A stretch of DNA of 32,000 bases from Nostoc punctiforme PCC 73102 (GCF_000020025.1 NC_010628.1:5250001-5282000), one strand, 5' to 3'. Counted from the first letter of the stretch, positions 1-9,470 are shown. Notes: generated from the sequence alone by a model not told the origin. A program made the numbers and translations.

Positions 1-1
1 T

Positions 2-1534
2 AGCGGACTCACCCAAAAATTTCCGATCGCCGAACAAGAATTCCTCATTAGAGATGGCATTCAATCCCTTCTTCTGGTTCCTCTCCGCTTGGAGAATGAG
101 TGCTGGGGCTATCTTGGCTTGGCAGACTGCACCTTTGAGCGTCATTGGTCAAAGCACGAAGAATCTACACTTTTGACAATGGCCGCTAGTATCATTGGTG
201 CCCGGCAACGTCAGCAAGTAGAAGAAAAGATTCGCTATCAAGCCCTCCATGACATGCTGACAGGCTTGCCCAATCGCCTACTATTTAACGAACTGCTTAG
301 TAAAACTCTGCCCAATGCCACTCGCAATAGCGAAAGTTTAGCTGTGATCTTTCTCGACTTGGATCGCTTCAAAGTGATTAATGACACCCTGGGGCATACC
401 TTGGGAGACCAGTTGTTAAAAAACGTCGCTCAAAGATTACAAGATTTACTCAGAGGGGGAGACACTATAGCCCGTTGGGGAGGCGATGAGTTTACTATCT
501 TACTCCCACGAGTTACTGATATTGAAGAAGTAACGCAAGTGGCGTACAGAATTTTACAAACCTTAGAAGATCCTTTTTATCTCCAAGGGCATGAACTTTA
601 TGTGACTGCGAGCCTCGGTATTGCGTTGCTTGATAACAACAGTCCTGATGCCGAAACACTAATCCAGCACGCGGATGCCGCTTTATACTATGCCAAAGAC
701 AAAGGGCGGAATAACTATCAATTTTACAGTGTTTCTCTGAGCGCCAAGAATCCCGAACTTCTGACTTTAGAAAAGAGTTTGCGCTATGCCCTAGAACGTG
801 AAGAATTTACGGTGTTCTATCAACCTCGTGTGAACATTGGCACAGGAGAAATTACTGGTATGGAGGCTCTGTTGCGTTGGCAGCACCCAGAAATGGGATT
901 GGTAGCACCCAGTGTCTTCATTCCCCTCGCCGAAGAAAGCGGATTAATTATCGCCATCGGCGAATGGGTGCTACGGACAGCCTGTATGCAAAATAAAACC
1001 TGGCAAGATTCAGGATTGCCACCTATAACTATGGCTGTCAATCTTTCTCTAAAGCAGTTCCGCCAACCCAAATTGGTGGAGATTATAACCAGAGTTTTAG
1101 AGCAAACGGGTCTAGATGCCCACTTTTTAGAATTAGAAATTATGGAAACCACAGCCATTGAGGACTTGGGTTTTACCAGAACGGTGTTAGAGGAGCTAAA
1201 GCAGATGGGTGTTAACATCTCCATTGATGACTTTGGTACGGGTCACTCTTCGCTCTCGCGCCTACAGCTTTTGCCACTCCACAATCTCAAAATAGATCAG
1301 TCTTTCATGAGGGATTTGCAGCCGGATTCCAAAGTAGCTCATATTATTCAGGCCATAGTTACCTTGGGACACAGCTTGGGATTGAAGTTGACAGCCGAAG
1401 GGGTGGAAACAGCAGAGCAATTGGAGTTCTTGAAATCTATCAACTGTGAAGAGGTACAGGGCTATTTCTTCTACCGCCCACTTCCTGAACAGAAAGCAAC
1501 AGAAATCCTCGAGAGTAAACGACCAATCATCTAG
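2..1534 (+). CDS. GGDEF-EAL c-di-GMP signalling protein (C-terminal part; 5' end lies outside the window)
   Basis: The frame is already open at nt 2 (SGLTQKFPIAEQEFLIRDGIQSLLLVPLRLENE precedes the tracked Met at 89), so the gene is cut by the window edge. It contains RWGGDEFTILL (GGDEF motif) and the EALLRW, DDFGTG and EGVE motifs of an EAL domain. Confidence 0.9.
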   Translation, partial: SGLTQKFPIAEQEFLIRDGIQSLLLVPLRLENECWGYLGLADCTFERHWSKHEESTLLTMAASIIGARQRQQVEEKIRYQALHDMLTGLPNRLLFNELLSKTLPNATRNSESLAVIFLDLDRFKVINDTLGHTLGDQLLKNVAQRLQDLLRGGDTIARWGGDEFTILLPRVTDIEEVTQVAYRILQTLEDPFYLQGHELYVTASLGIALLDNNSPDAETLIQHADAALYYAKDKGRNNYQFYSVSLSAKNPELLTLEKSLRYALEREEFTVFYQPRVNIGTGEITGMEALLRWQHPEMGLVAPSVFIPLAEESGLIIAIGEWVLRTACMQNKTWQDSGLPPITMAVNLSLKQFRQPKLVEIITRVLEQTGLDAHFLELEIMETTAIEDLGFTRTVLEELKQMGVNISIDDFGTGHSSLSRLQLLPLHNLKIDQSFMRDLQPDSKVAHIIQAIVTLGHSLGLKLTAEGVETAEQLEFLKSINCEEVQGYFFYRPLPEQKATEILESKRPII

Positions 1535-1581
1535 TACAAGGAAAAACTGTTTGTACCAGTAACGATACAATAGCATTCATC

Positions 1582-1692
1582 ATAATTCGTAATCCCTAAT
1601 TGAATAGGGGTTGATACCCCCGTTCCTATAAACAGCTTGTTTTATGTCTGGGGTAAAATTCAGTCACAAAACATAATTACGAATTACGAATT
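1582..1692. repeat. Short inverted repeat built from aattacg heptamers (STRR-like) flanking about 80 bp
   Basis: ataattcgtaat (1582-1593) is a near-perfect reverse complement of attacgaattac inside ataattacgaattacgaatt (1673-1692). The right arm is a tandem heptamer. The repeat is intergenic. Confidence 0.45.
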
Positions 1693-1725
1693 GTTTATTG
1701 TCCTGCTGCCGACTTTTTTCGTCTT

Positions 1726-2646
1726 ATGCTGCCAGTCATTTATTCCGACGAATTTTTAGATCACAAGACTGGAAAATACCATCCCGAAAAACCAGAACGT
1801 TTAACTGCGATCGCAAATGCCCTAAAAGCAGCTACATTCGCAGATAAAATTGACTGGCGATCGCCCACAGCAGTATCAGAACAGCCATTACTGATGTCTA
1901 TGTTGGTTAAAGCTCATAGCCCAGCCTACATCAAAAAACTTTGGCAAATCGCTTCTAGTGGCGGCGGCCCTTTGGATGGAGATACGCCAGTTTCTCCACG
2001 CAGTTATGATGTGGCATTGTTGGCAGTTAGTGCATGGCTAGATGGTGTTGAGGCTGTGTTAAAGTCGGCTAATCCAGCTTTTGTATTAGCACGTCCCCCA
2101 GGACATCATGCAGAAAGTGATGCTGGGATGGGCTTTTGCCTATTTTCTAATGCTGCGATCGCCGCTTTCTTTGCCCTCGAACAACCCGGAATTAACCGCG
2201 TCGCCATTCTCGATTGGGATGTGCATCACGGTAATGGTACTCAGGCGATCGTTGAAACTGAAGCACGTATCGCCTACTGTTCCCTACATCAATATCCATG
2301 TTATCCGGGTACTGGGAGAGCCACAGAACGCGGCTTTCATAATAATGTATTAAATTTACCAGTACCTCCTGGTAGTGATATTGCAGTATATCAGCCACTA
2401 TTTGAAAGGCAAGTCATACCGTTTTTAGCCAACTTTCAAGCGGATTTATTGATTGTGAGTGCTGGTTATGATGGCAATGCCGACGATCCTTTAGCAAGTA
2501 TCAATTTGCAGCCAGAAGATTATGCTTTATTTACTAATTATTGTCTAGGGCTAACTCGTAAAATTTTGTTTGGTTTAGAAGGTGGTTACGATTTTGATAC
2601 TCTTTCTCAATCAGTTGTAGCGACAATTGAATCCTGTCTACTTTAA
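1726..2646 (+). CDS. Histone deacetylase / acetoin-utilisation (AcuC) family Zn-dependent deacetylase
   Basis: 306-aa ORF with the RPPGHHA, LDWDVHHGNGTQ, SAGYDGNADDPL and LEGGYD motifs characteristic of the arginase/deacetylase fold. Confidence 0.88.
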   Translation: MLPVIYSDEFLDHKTGKYHPEKPERLTAIANALKAATFADKIDWRSPTAVSEQPLLMSMLVKAHSPAYIKKLWQIASSGGGPLDGDTPVSPRSYDVALLAVSAWLDGVEAVLKSANPAFVLARPPGHHAESDAGMGFCLFSNAAIAAFFALEQPGINRVAILDWDVHHGNGTQAIVETEARIAYCSLHQYPCYPGTGRATERGFHNNVLNLPVPPGSDIAVYQPLFERQVIPFLANFQADLLIVSAGYDGNADDPLASINLQPEDYALFTNYCLGLTRKILFGLEGGYDFDTLSQSVVATIESCLL

Positions 2647-2722
2647 ATTTTCTTGTTCCCCTGATTACCGAACAAAAGTTCACAAAAATCAAGCAGGCAA
2701 AGGTTTCCTGAACTGAAGAGTT

Positions 2723-2750
2723 GGGGAGAAGTCTCTCCCCCTTTTCTTCC
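2723..2750 (+). terminator. Rho-independent terminator downstream of the deacetylase gene
   Basis: ggggaga (2723-2729), loop agtc, tctcccc (2734-2740), then cttttcttcc. This is a 7-bp GC-rich stem followed by a T-rich tract, about 75 nt after the stop codon. Confidence 0.6.
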
Positions 2751-3100
2751 TTCAAGGATAAGTTTTTTAGCATGTCGAAAATAGTTGAGAAAATTCTCAA
2801 GTGTTTAACGTAGTTTGGTCGTTTCAGGATTTAAGCATCGGGTGAAATAGTTAAAAAATGACCAAATACAAAATATCTACCCTTTTAAGCCCTTTTCTTC
2901 CTTGTTTCTTGTTCATGCCCTATACTTAATGCACTTTTTTCTCAAGTTCATCAAATCTTCAGAAATAAAAATTTTGAATGGGGTTCTGAAAGAGCTAAAG
3001 TTTTGTTAAGATGCAATTGCTAGCAGTTTCTCAGCGAAATTCACCTATCAGGGGTGGAGAAATAAAAAGTACTAGCAGCACAAATTTCAAAGGTGAAGCA

Positions 3101-3238
3101 ATGACCACCTATATTTTTTTCGGTGAAGCCCTACGGATGTTGACTAATGCCTATTTGATATCAGCAGTACTGTTAATAGCAGCTTCTGGTATAGGTTTAG
3201 CGGTAATTGAAACAATAGAAAAGGCAGGAGAACGCTAA
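3101..3238 (+). CDS. Possible 45-aa single-pass membrane peptide
   Basis: An internal ATG at 3101 is preceded by aaggtgaagca (SD-like). The product is MTTYIFFGEALRMLTNAYLISAVLLIAASGIGLAVIETIEKAGER, with one hydrophobic helix. The upstream part of the tracked ORF (3011-3100) looks non-coding. No homology recognised. Confidence 0.3.
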   Translation: MTTYIFFGEALRMLTNAYLISAVLLIAASGIGLAVIETIEKAGER

Positions 3239-3326
3239 GTTTACAGATGGCAATTGTAGTTATTGCCAAAAACCATTGGGTGCAAGTGTTCGCCGTGGAT
3301 AAATCTTGGGAATACTAAAGCATGAA

Positions 3327-3396
3327 AGTCTCATAGCGTTACTAGTCTTACCTGTAAATCTACCAAAATACAGGTAACTGTAGCGCTATTGAGACT
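3327..3396 (+). promoter_or_regulatory. Two-tier hairpin in the leader of the TerB-like gene
   Basis: Outer arms are agtctcatagcgttac (3327-3342) and gtagcgctattgagact (3380-3396). Inner perfect 9-bp arms are ttacctgta (3348-3356) and tacaggtaa (3369-3377). The structure ends 6 nt before the aaggag Shine-Dalgarno of the ORF starting at 3418. Confidence 0.45.
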
Positions 3397-3417
3397 CTAG
3401 CCAAGGAGTTACTACAG

Positions 3418-3864
3418 ATGAATCTATTCAACGCTGTTTTGGGTACAGAAAACCAAACCCAAGGAGCACTCAATTCAGCGGAAGCTTTTGCTGTTATTGT
3501 CTTGGCGGCAACAGCTTCAGACGGTTATCTTTCTGTTGAGCAAGCAAATTCTATCACTTTTGTGCTGTCTCGGATGAAACTTTTTAAAGGTTATCCTCAT
3601 GAGATGATGAATAGGCTGTTTGACCAAATATTGGGCGTTATCAAGGGGGATGGTTTTAACGCTTTATTTGATGCAGCAAAGGATTCTCTATCTCAGGACT
3701 TGCGGGAATCAGCCTTTGCAGTAGCTACTGATTTAGTCTTAGCTGAAGGTGTTGTCGCTGAAGAAGAAAAAAGCTTCTTAAACGATCTATATCAAGCTTT
3801 AGGCATTTCTCGTGAGATAGCACTACAAATCATGCAAGTAATCTTAATTAAAAACCGGGTATAG
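3418..3864 (+). CDS. TerB-like (tellurite-resistance TerB family) small helical protein
   Basis: 148-aa acidic, helix-rich ORF with a good aaggag RBS. The paired segments AFAVIVLAATASDGYLSVEQ and AFAVATDLVLAEGVVAEEEKSFLNDL resemble the two-fold helical motif of TerB-like domains. The assignment is from memory of the family, not a search. Confidence 0.5.
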   Translation: MNLFNAVLGTENQTQGALNSAEAFAVIVLAATASDGYLSVEQANSITFVLSRMKLFKGYPHEMMNRLFDQILGVIKGDGFNALFDAAKDSLSQDLRESAFAVATDLVLAEGVVAEEEKSFLNDLYQALGISREIALQIMQVILIKNRV

Positions 3865-3917
3865 CAAAATAAAGCATCTGCTTAATTAAACTATATAAAT
3901 AGCTTCTAAAAAAAGGC

Positions 3918-3953
3918 GTGCCAAAGGACTTAAGCTTCTTTGGCACTATTTTT
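3918..3953 (+). terminator. Rho-independent terminator after the TerB-like gene
   Basis: gtgccaaag (3918-3926) pairs with ctttggcac (3938-3946) across an 11-nt loop and is followed by tattttt. Confidence 0.65.
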
Positions 3954-4076
3954 GGTGTTATTGTGAATAGACTTAAATTTGGGGCTTTTTCGAGAAGTCG
4001 CAAATCTTGTTGTTAAATGCAGTAGTGTGTCATAATTCGATTTTATAATTTTGAACAATAAAATTGTAAATTACTT

Positions 4077-5432
4077 ATGCGTTGTTCTGCCACCCTATCC
4101 CAACTGGTTGAAGTTCTTTTGGCCAGTCCAATAAACTTATCTGAAACTGCTTTAACACAAGTAAGTTGCGGTATACAAACAGATAGCCGTACCCTGAAGC
4201 TGGGTGAAGTATTTGTCGCTTTGCGAGGCGATAAATTTGATGGACACAAATTTGTGCCAACTGCGATCGCAAAGGGTGCAATAGCTGCAATTGTCGATTT
4301 TGAATACGAAAATCCCGGTTTTCCGGTGTTACGGGTAAAAGATACTTTAAAGGCATATCAACAAATTGGCAGATGGTGGCGCGATCGCTTTAATATTCCT
4401 GTAATTGGTGTAACAGGTTCTGTGGGTAAAACAACAACCAAAGAATTGATTGCCGCAGTTTTAGGAACAAAGGGGCAAGTTCACAAAACTTATGGAAATT
4501 ACAACAACGAAATTGGTGTTCCGAAAACTCTCTTAGAACTTGGCGCAGAAAATGACTACGCTGTGATTGAAATGGCGATGCGGGGTAGGGGACAAATCGC
4601 CGAACTGACACAAATAGCACGTCCCACAATTGGAGTAATTACCAATGTGGGGACAGCACATATTGAATTACTGGGTTCGGAAGAAGCTATCGCTGAGGCA
4701 AAATGTGAGTTGTTAGCTGAAATGGCTGCTGATAGTGTGGCAATTATCAACCACGATAATCCTTTATTAATGGCCACGGCGGCGAAAGTTTGGCACGGAG
4801 AAGTTTTAACTTACGGCTTTTCTGGTGGGGATATTCAAGGGCAGTTACTTGATAACGACCAGATGGAAGTTGCAGGAATCCAATTGCCTTTACCGCTACC
4901 TGGTCGTCACAATGCGACTAATTTCTTAGCAGCTTTAGCTGTGGCAAAGGTTTTGGGGATTGATTGGTCAAACCTTAAAGCAGGTGTAGAGGTGGATATG
5001 CCCACGGGACGATCGCAGCGATTTACCTTACCCAATGATGTGATAATCTTAGATGAAACTTATAATGCTGCACCAGAAGCTATGATTGCATCGTTGCAGT
5101 TATTAGCAGACACACCCGGAAAGCGGAAGATTGCCGTATTGGGTGCAATGAAAGAATTAGGAGAGCGATCGCAGCAGTTGCACCAGCGAGTTGGAGAAAC
5201 AGTACGAAAGTTGAATTTAGACGGTTTATTGGTTTTGGTGGATGGAGAAGATGCCGAAGCGATGGCTCTTAGTGCCGAAGGTATCCCATCGGAATGCTTT
5301 GCAACTCATGCCGAGTTAGTGGCTAGGTTGAAGACATTTGTGCAAACAGGCGATCGTTTATTGTTCAAAGCCGCCCATTCCGTGGGATTAGATCGGGTTG
5401 TCAATCAGTTACGTGCAGAATTTAGCCGATGA
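4077..5432 (+). CDS. murF: UDP-N-acetylmuramoyl-tripeptide--D-alanyl-D-alanine ligase
   Basis: 451-aa Mur-ligase architecture: GVTGSVGKTTTKE P-loop, NVGTAHIE, DETYNAAPEAM and the C-terminal LFKAAHSVGLD. Overall similarity to MurF. Confidence 0.93.
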   Translation: MRCSATLSQLVEVLLASPINLSETALTQVSCGIQTDSRTLKLGEVFVALRGDKFDGHKFVPTAIAKGAIAAIVDFEYENPGFPVLRVKDTLKAYQQIGRWWRDRFNIPVIGVTGSVGKTTTKELIAAVLGTKGQVHKTYGNYNNEIGVPKTLLELGAENDYAVIEMAMRGRGQIAELTQIARPTIGVITNVGTAHIELLGSEEAIAEAKCELLAEMAADSVAIINHDNPLLMATAAKVWHGEVLTYGFSGGDIQGQLLDNDQMEVAGIQLPLPLPGRHNATNFLAALAVAKVLGIDWSNLKAGVEVDMPTGRSQRFTLPNDVIILDETYNAAPEAMIASLQLLADTPGKRKIAVLGAMKELGERSQQLHQRVGETVRKLNLDGLLVLVDGEDAEAMALSAEGIPSECFATHAELVARLKTFVQTGDRLLFKAAHSVGLDRVVNQLRAEFSR

Positions 5433-5998
5433 ATCTCCCGCTAGAAACCCAACGTCTCATACTGCGAGACTTTGTAGAATCAGATTGGCTAGCGGTTCAT
5501 CAATACGCTAGCGATGATGAAGTTGTGCGTTATTTGACTTTTGGCCCTAATAGCGAAGAAGATACCAAAAACTTTTTGCAAAGAGAAATTTCATTACAAG
5601 GAGAAGAACCCCGTCAACATTTTGCCTTAGCAGTGACTTTAAAAACCCAACAGCAATTAATTGGTGTCTGTCACATATCCGTTACGGATATTGATAATAA
5701 AACAGGCTCTATTGGATACTGTTTTACTAAGGAATTTTGGGGACAAGGATATGCAACAGAGGCTGTAAAAGCAGTTGTGTCGTTTGGTTTTCAGGAGTTA
5801 GGCTTACATCGCATCTTTGCGACTTGTCATCCAGAAAACATAGCTTCAGCACGAGTTATGCAAAAAATTGGAATGCAGCAAGAAGGATATTTGCGAGAAC
5901 ACCATTGGATTAAGGGACAATGGAGAGACTCTTGGCTATATGCCATCCTTGAGCATGAATGGAGAAGTCTAGATTTCAGACGTTGTTGGAAAGGCTAG
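5429..5998 (+). CDS. GNAT family N-acetyltransferase (RimJ/RimL-like)
   Basis: 189 aa with the WGQGYATEA acetyl-CoA-binding motif. The start ATG overlaps the murF stop (ATGA, 5429-5432), indicating translational coupling. Confidence 0.85.
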   Translation: MNLPLETQRLILRDFVESDWLAVHQYASDDEVVRYLTFGPNSEEDTKNFLQREISLQGEEPRQHFALAVTLKTQQQLIGVCHISVTDIDNKTGSIGYCFTKEFWGQGYATEAVKAVVSFGFQELGLHRIFATCHPENIASARVMQKIGMQQEGYLREHHWIKGQWRDSWLYAILEHEWRSLDFRRCWKG

Positions 5999-6311
5999 GG
6001 CTGTTACTGTAACGTCTTTGATAAAGAATTGCTCCCAAATTAGTCACCAAACACGTGATTGCTAGCCACAGCAAGATATAAGTAGGAGCCATCACCACGC
6101 CAATCATGAACCAAGTATATACGTGCAGGATCATTACAGAAGCGAAAAAGCTGGCAATTCCAGCAGATTGCCACACTTGATGTGATGGGCGACGTAAGGC
6201 TACCAGACCCATTGTTAAAATTGTGACAAGCAAATTCGCTGGGACGAGAAACGCACAAATACTTATGCAGTTACCACGAGAGAACTCTACTAAGGTGTTA
6301 AAATCGAGCAT
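5976..6311 (-). CDS. Small hypothetical membrane protein (3 predicted TM helices)
   Basis: 111-aa ORF with three long hydrophobic stretches. It is convergent with the GNAT gene and overlaps its 3' end by 23 nt. No family recognised. Confidence 0.45.
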   Translation of the reverse strand: MLDFNTLVEFSRGNCISICAFLVPANLLVTILTMGLVALRRPSHQVWQSAGIASFFASVMILHVYTWFMIGVVMAPTYILLWLAITCLVTNLGAILYQRRYSNSPSLSNNV

Positions 6312-6513
6312 TAATGTTGTTGGGATAGATGTTAGCTTTTTAAGAACTTAATTTATTTTAAAATAACTAAATTTACATTAACAGGTGAGTGAGTAATCAC
6401 ATTGCAAACATAACATAAATTAAAATATTGAGTTGCGTTTTGATACTACTCAATAGTTAGTTAATTATAAAGATTTTGGATAAGTAGGGTGGAAAACACC
6501 CACCCTAGCTGAA

Positions 6514-6915
6514 TTAACCCGGTAAAATCACGGTATCGATAACGTGTACTACACCATTATCAGCTTCGATATCTGCTGCTAAAACTGTGGCATTTTTAAC
6601 TTCAAAACCATCTAAAGAATGAATTTTAATAGGTGAACCTTCCACAGAATTAACCGTGCCGAGTTCTGCCAAATCAGCCTTTAGCAGCTTTCCTGGAACG
6701 ACATGATACTTTAAAATCCGCGTCAACTGGGGAATATTCTGTAACAGAGTTTGGATAGTTCCCGGCGGCAATTTGGCAAAAGCATCGTCATTTGGCGCAA
6801 AGACAGTGAACGGGCCAGGACTTTTTAATGTTTCTACTAAACCAGCAGCTTGTACAGCCGCCACTAGTGTTTTGAAAGACTCAGCCGTAACAGCAATATC
6901 AACAATATCAGCCAT
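6514..6915 (-). CDS. Fasciclin (FAS1) domain protein, single domain, no obvious signal peptide
   Basis: 133 aa with [10 protein letters not shown] (H1), YHVVPG and [13 protein letters not shown] (H2), the FAS1 signature blocks. Confidence 0.87.
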   Translation of the reverse strand: MADIVDIAVTAESFKTLVAAVQAAGLVETLKSPGPFTVFAPNDDAFAKLPPGTIQTLLQNIPQLTRILKYHVVPGKLLKADLAELGTVNSVEGSPIKIHSLDGFEVKNATVLAADIEADNGVVHVIDTVILPG

Positions 6916-6987
6916 ATACTTGACCTAAATTTTTGCAAAAGATTTTAAAGGATAATAAACCTATTTGAAGTTTTATTAAATAGGTAG

Positions 6988-7150
6988 TGGGGAAAAGATG
7001 CAGGGGAGGGGAGAAGAGAGCAGAGGGAGCAGGGGAAGCAGGAAAGCAGGAAAGGATTAGAGGACGAGGGGGACAAGGAGGACAAGGGGAAATTATTGAA
7101 CAAGTCTCTTCCTTGTCTCCCTTGTCTCTTCTCTATGCATCTTTTCCCCA
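6988..7150. repeat. Intergenic palindromic purine/pyrimidine-rich element (long imperfect hairpin)
   Basis: Perfect 15-bp terminal inverted repeats: tggggaaaagatgca (6988-7002) and tgcatcttttcccca (7136-7150). The interior has gga-/caagg-rich repeats (ggacaaggaggacaagggg) mirrored by cttccttgtctcccttgtctc. It sits between the trmFO stop and the fasciclin start. Confidence 0.6.
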
Positions 7151-7156
7151 TTCCCA

Positions 7157-8473
7157 TTAATTCTGATTAGCTTTCCAGCTTGCTAGATCGGTTAAAGAGC
7201 GATCGCGGTAACGTCCATAACGCTCCTGCTTACTTTTGATTTTCGCACCCAGTTCGGGAAAAATCCCAAAGTTGGGCGGCATTGGTTGAAAATGCTTCGG
7301 CGAAGCGGAACTAATAAATTCCAATAACGCACCCATCATTGTTGTTGGTGGTAAAACTAAAGCTTCTTTACCCAAGGCTAGCCGCGCTGCATTAATTCCC
7401 GCCAAGCAGCCACCCGCAGCCGCAGCAGTGTAGCCTTCAGTACCAATCAACTGTCCAGCAGCTAACAAAGTTGGACATTCTTTAAATTGCAGAGTTGGAT
7501 GCATTAGCTGAGGGGCATTAATAAAAGTGTTGCGGTGCATAACTCCCAAGCGCACAAACTCCGCCTTTTCCAAACTGGGAATTAGCTGAAATATACGCTT
7601 TTGCTCACCCCAACGCAGATTAGTTTGGAATCCTACCATATTCCACAGTTGACCGACTTTGTCTTCTTGTCGCAACTGCACCACAGCATAAGGACGTTCC
7701 CCAGTGCGAGTATCTGACAACCCCACTGGTTTTAGGGGGCCGTAGCGCATGGTATCTTCCCCGCGCTGTGCTAGTTCTTCAATGGGTAAACAAGCTTCAA
7801 AAAATTTCGCCGTTTCGCGTTCAAAACCTTTGAGTTCTGTTTGTTCAGCTTTACAAAGTTCTTCTCTAAAGTGCAAATACTGCTCTTTATTCATTGGGCA
7901 GTTGAGATAAGCGGCTTCACCTTTGTCATAACGTGATGCCATAAAAGCAACGTCACGGTTAATCGATTCTCCCACAATGATCGGACTAGCCGCATCGAAA
8001 AAGCTGAGGTATTCCATCCCCGTAAAGCGCTGCAAATCTTCGGCTAAGTCGGGACTAGTTAAAGGCCCAGTTGCCAAAACCACAATCCCTTCAGGAATCG
8101 CAGATACTTCACCCCGGCGAAATTCAATTAAAGGATGGTTGGCTAAAGTTTGAGTCAAGTCTTGGCCAAACTGTCCCCTGTCTACCGCTAGCGCCCCTCC
8201 CGCAGGAACGGCGTGTTCATCAGCTTTGGAGATGACGATAGAACCGAGTTGGCGTAATTCTTCGTGCAATAATCCCGCCGCGCGATCGCTTGCCATTGCC
8301 CCAAAGGAATTACTACAGACTAATTCTGCCAAATGTTCTGTATGATGAGCAGGACTGAAGCGCTTTGGACGCATTTCATGGAGAATTACAGGCACTCCAG
8401 CTTGGGCTATTTGCCACGCTGCTTCTGTGCCAGCTAGTCCACCTCCAATTACTTGTATCGGTTGTTGTTCCAT
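7157..8473 (-). CDS. trmFO: Methylenetetrahydrofolate--tRNA-(uracil54-C5)-methyltransferase TrmFO (Gid)
   Basis: [24 protein letters not shown]-binding Rossmann start, plus ELVCSNSF and [16 protein letters not shown]. The tracked ORF extends to 8518, but the Met at 8473 directly precedes the GGGLAG motif. Confidence 0.92.
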   Translation of the reverse strand: MEQQPIQVIGGGLAGTEAAWQIAQAGVPVILHEMRPKRFSPAHHTEHLAELVCSNSFGAMASDRAAGLLHEELRQLGSIVISKADEHAVPAGGALAVDRGQFGQDLTQTLANHPLIEFRRGEVSAIPEGIVVLATGPLTSPDLAEDLQRFTGMEYLSFFDAASPIIVGESINRDVAFMASRYDKGEAAYLNCPMNKEQYLHFREELCKAEQTELKGFERETAKFFEACLPIEELAQRGEDTMRYGPLKPVGLSDTRTGERPYAVVQLRQEDKVGQLWNMVGFQTNLRWGEQKRIFQLIPSLEKAEFVRLGVMHRNTFINAPQLMHPTLQFKECPTLLAAGQLIGTEGYTAAAAGGCLAGINAARLALGKEALVLPPTTMMGALLEFISSASPKHFQPMPPNFGIFPELGAKIKSKQERYGRYRDRSLTDLASWKANQN

Positions 8474-8640
8474 AGTTAATTTTTTAATTCCTACATCATA
8501 AGTATCGATCAGCATCACAGAAGTAAAATTAAATAAAAACAGGCTAACTCATCAATACTTCTGTAAATACAACAACAGCAATTAGGCTCACCTAAGATGC
8601 TTAGACAAAAAGCGGATTGTCGTCAGACATTGCTCTGAAC

Positions 8641-9470
8641 TTATTCATTGAGAGGCGTTTGCTGTAATGCTTGCTGGACTTGTGCAACATCCAAATCTAA
8701 CGCCTGTGATATCTGTTCCACACTTAAACCTAGTGCTAGCAGTTTAGGTACAGCTTCTAATTTTGCCTCAAAACGACCTTCTTGTTTACCTTCTTCTTTG
8801 CCTTCTTCTTTGCCTTCTTGTTTAGCTTCTTGATAAACCCGTGTTTGCTTCAACTCACTTAACCCAAACATCGCCTCTATCTCCTCTCGACTTATATTAG
8901 GCAATTTATAAACCAGAATTGTCTCTATTAATTCTAGTAATTGTTTTTGTGGCAGTTGCAAATTTACCGCTTGTTTTGTACGGTTAATTAGTTCTCTGGC
9001 AGTGGTGTAATAGTTGTATCTTCATTTTCAATTACTAACTTGATGGTAGCAATACCTATTGGTAGCGATGCAGCTTCACCTAGTTCATCCAAGTAAATTA
9101 TACTAATACGATCGCTGTTGAAGAATTCGTGGCAATCTTGTCGTTCACCAGTATCTATATTCCTCCTGGGATAAATCACCACTCCTCGCCAAGAATTTTT
9201 AGATTTCTTTTGCCGCAAATAAAGAAATACTTCTGAAACTCGGCGTAAATAAATATCTAAATCTGGTTGAAATTGAACTTCGACGAAATAAATTAGATTT
9301 TCTTCGTCTTGAGTAGGAAGAAAAACACCATCTATTCTAAAGGCAGTTTGTTTGATTTCAACTGAAGAGAATTGATAGGTATTGGCAGTCTCAGGAGGAT
9401 TGCCAATCAGTTCAAAGAAGATACTGGGAAATTCTTAAAATAAGCGATAAAATATGCTGTCAGTTTTCAC
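8641..9470 (-). pseudogene. Decayed Rpn-family (PD-(D/E)XK, DUF2887/DUF4351-type) recombination-promoting nuclease / putative transposase
   Basis: My minus-strand translation from GTG 9470 gives VKTDSIFYRLF*EFPSIFFELIGNPPETANTYQFSSVEIKQTAFRIDGVFLP...YFVEVQFQPD. There is an in-frame TAA at 9435-9437 where the family normally has Gln. The frame ends at 8988 (..ENEDTTITPLPEN*) and continues in another frame (YYTTARELINRTKQAVNLQLPQKQ...), so a frameshift lies within about 8988-9022. The C-terminal part (8641-8961) has the DUF4351-like FGLSELKQTRVYQEAKQEGKEEGK...LLALGLSVEQISQALDL. Confidence 0.75.

Noticed and set aside
820-1576. Minus-strand ORFs 820-1224 and 1262-1576, antisense to the GGDEF-EAL gene
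   Set aside because: They lie mostly or entirely within a confidently identified gene on the other strand. Their products are low-complexity with no motifs, so they are typical shadow ORFs.
2108-2800. ORFs 2108-2353 (+), 2192-2398 (-) and 2534-2800 (-) overlapping the deacetylase gene
   Set aside because: These are alternative-frame or antisense ORFs inside or overlapping a well-supported CDS. The 2534-2800 ORF also runs across the deacetylase gene's terminator hairpin.
4043-4777. Minus-strand ORFs 4043-4249, 4075-4356, 4390-4629 and 4556-4777 opposite murF
   Set aside because: They are antisense to murF, have no RBS and no recognisable domains.
6040-6258. ORF 6040-6258 (-), in another frame of the 5976-6311 membrane ORF
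   Set aside because: It is nested in an alternative frame. The longer ORF gives coherent TM helices, and this one does not.
6485-6508. Hairpin tagggtgg-aaaacac-ccacccta downstream of the fasciclin gene, considered as a terminator
   Set aside because: The stem is good, but on the minus strand it is not followed by a T-tract (cttatccaaaatc). I therefore did not call it, although it may still stabilise the 3' end.
6945-7157. 70-aa [21 protein letters not shown]...
   Set aside because: It is the translation of the palindromic purine/pyrimidine repeat element (6988-7150). The product is low-complexity, so it is most likely not a gene.
8648-8833. + strand ORF across the EEGK-repeat region of the DUF4351 fragment
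   Set aside because: It is antisense to the recognisable DUF4351 C-terminal domain. It stays open only because of the gaagg/cttcc repeat.
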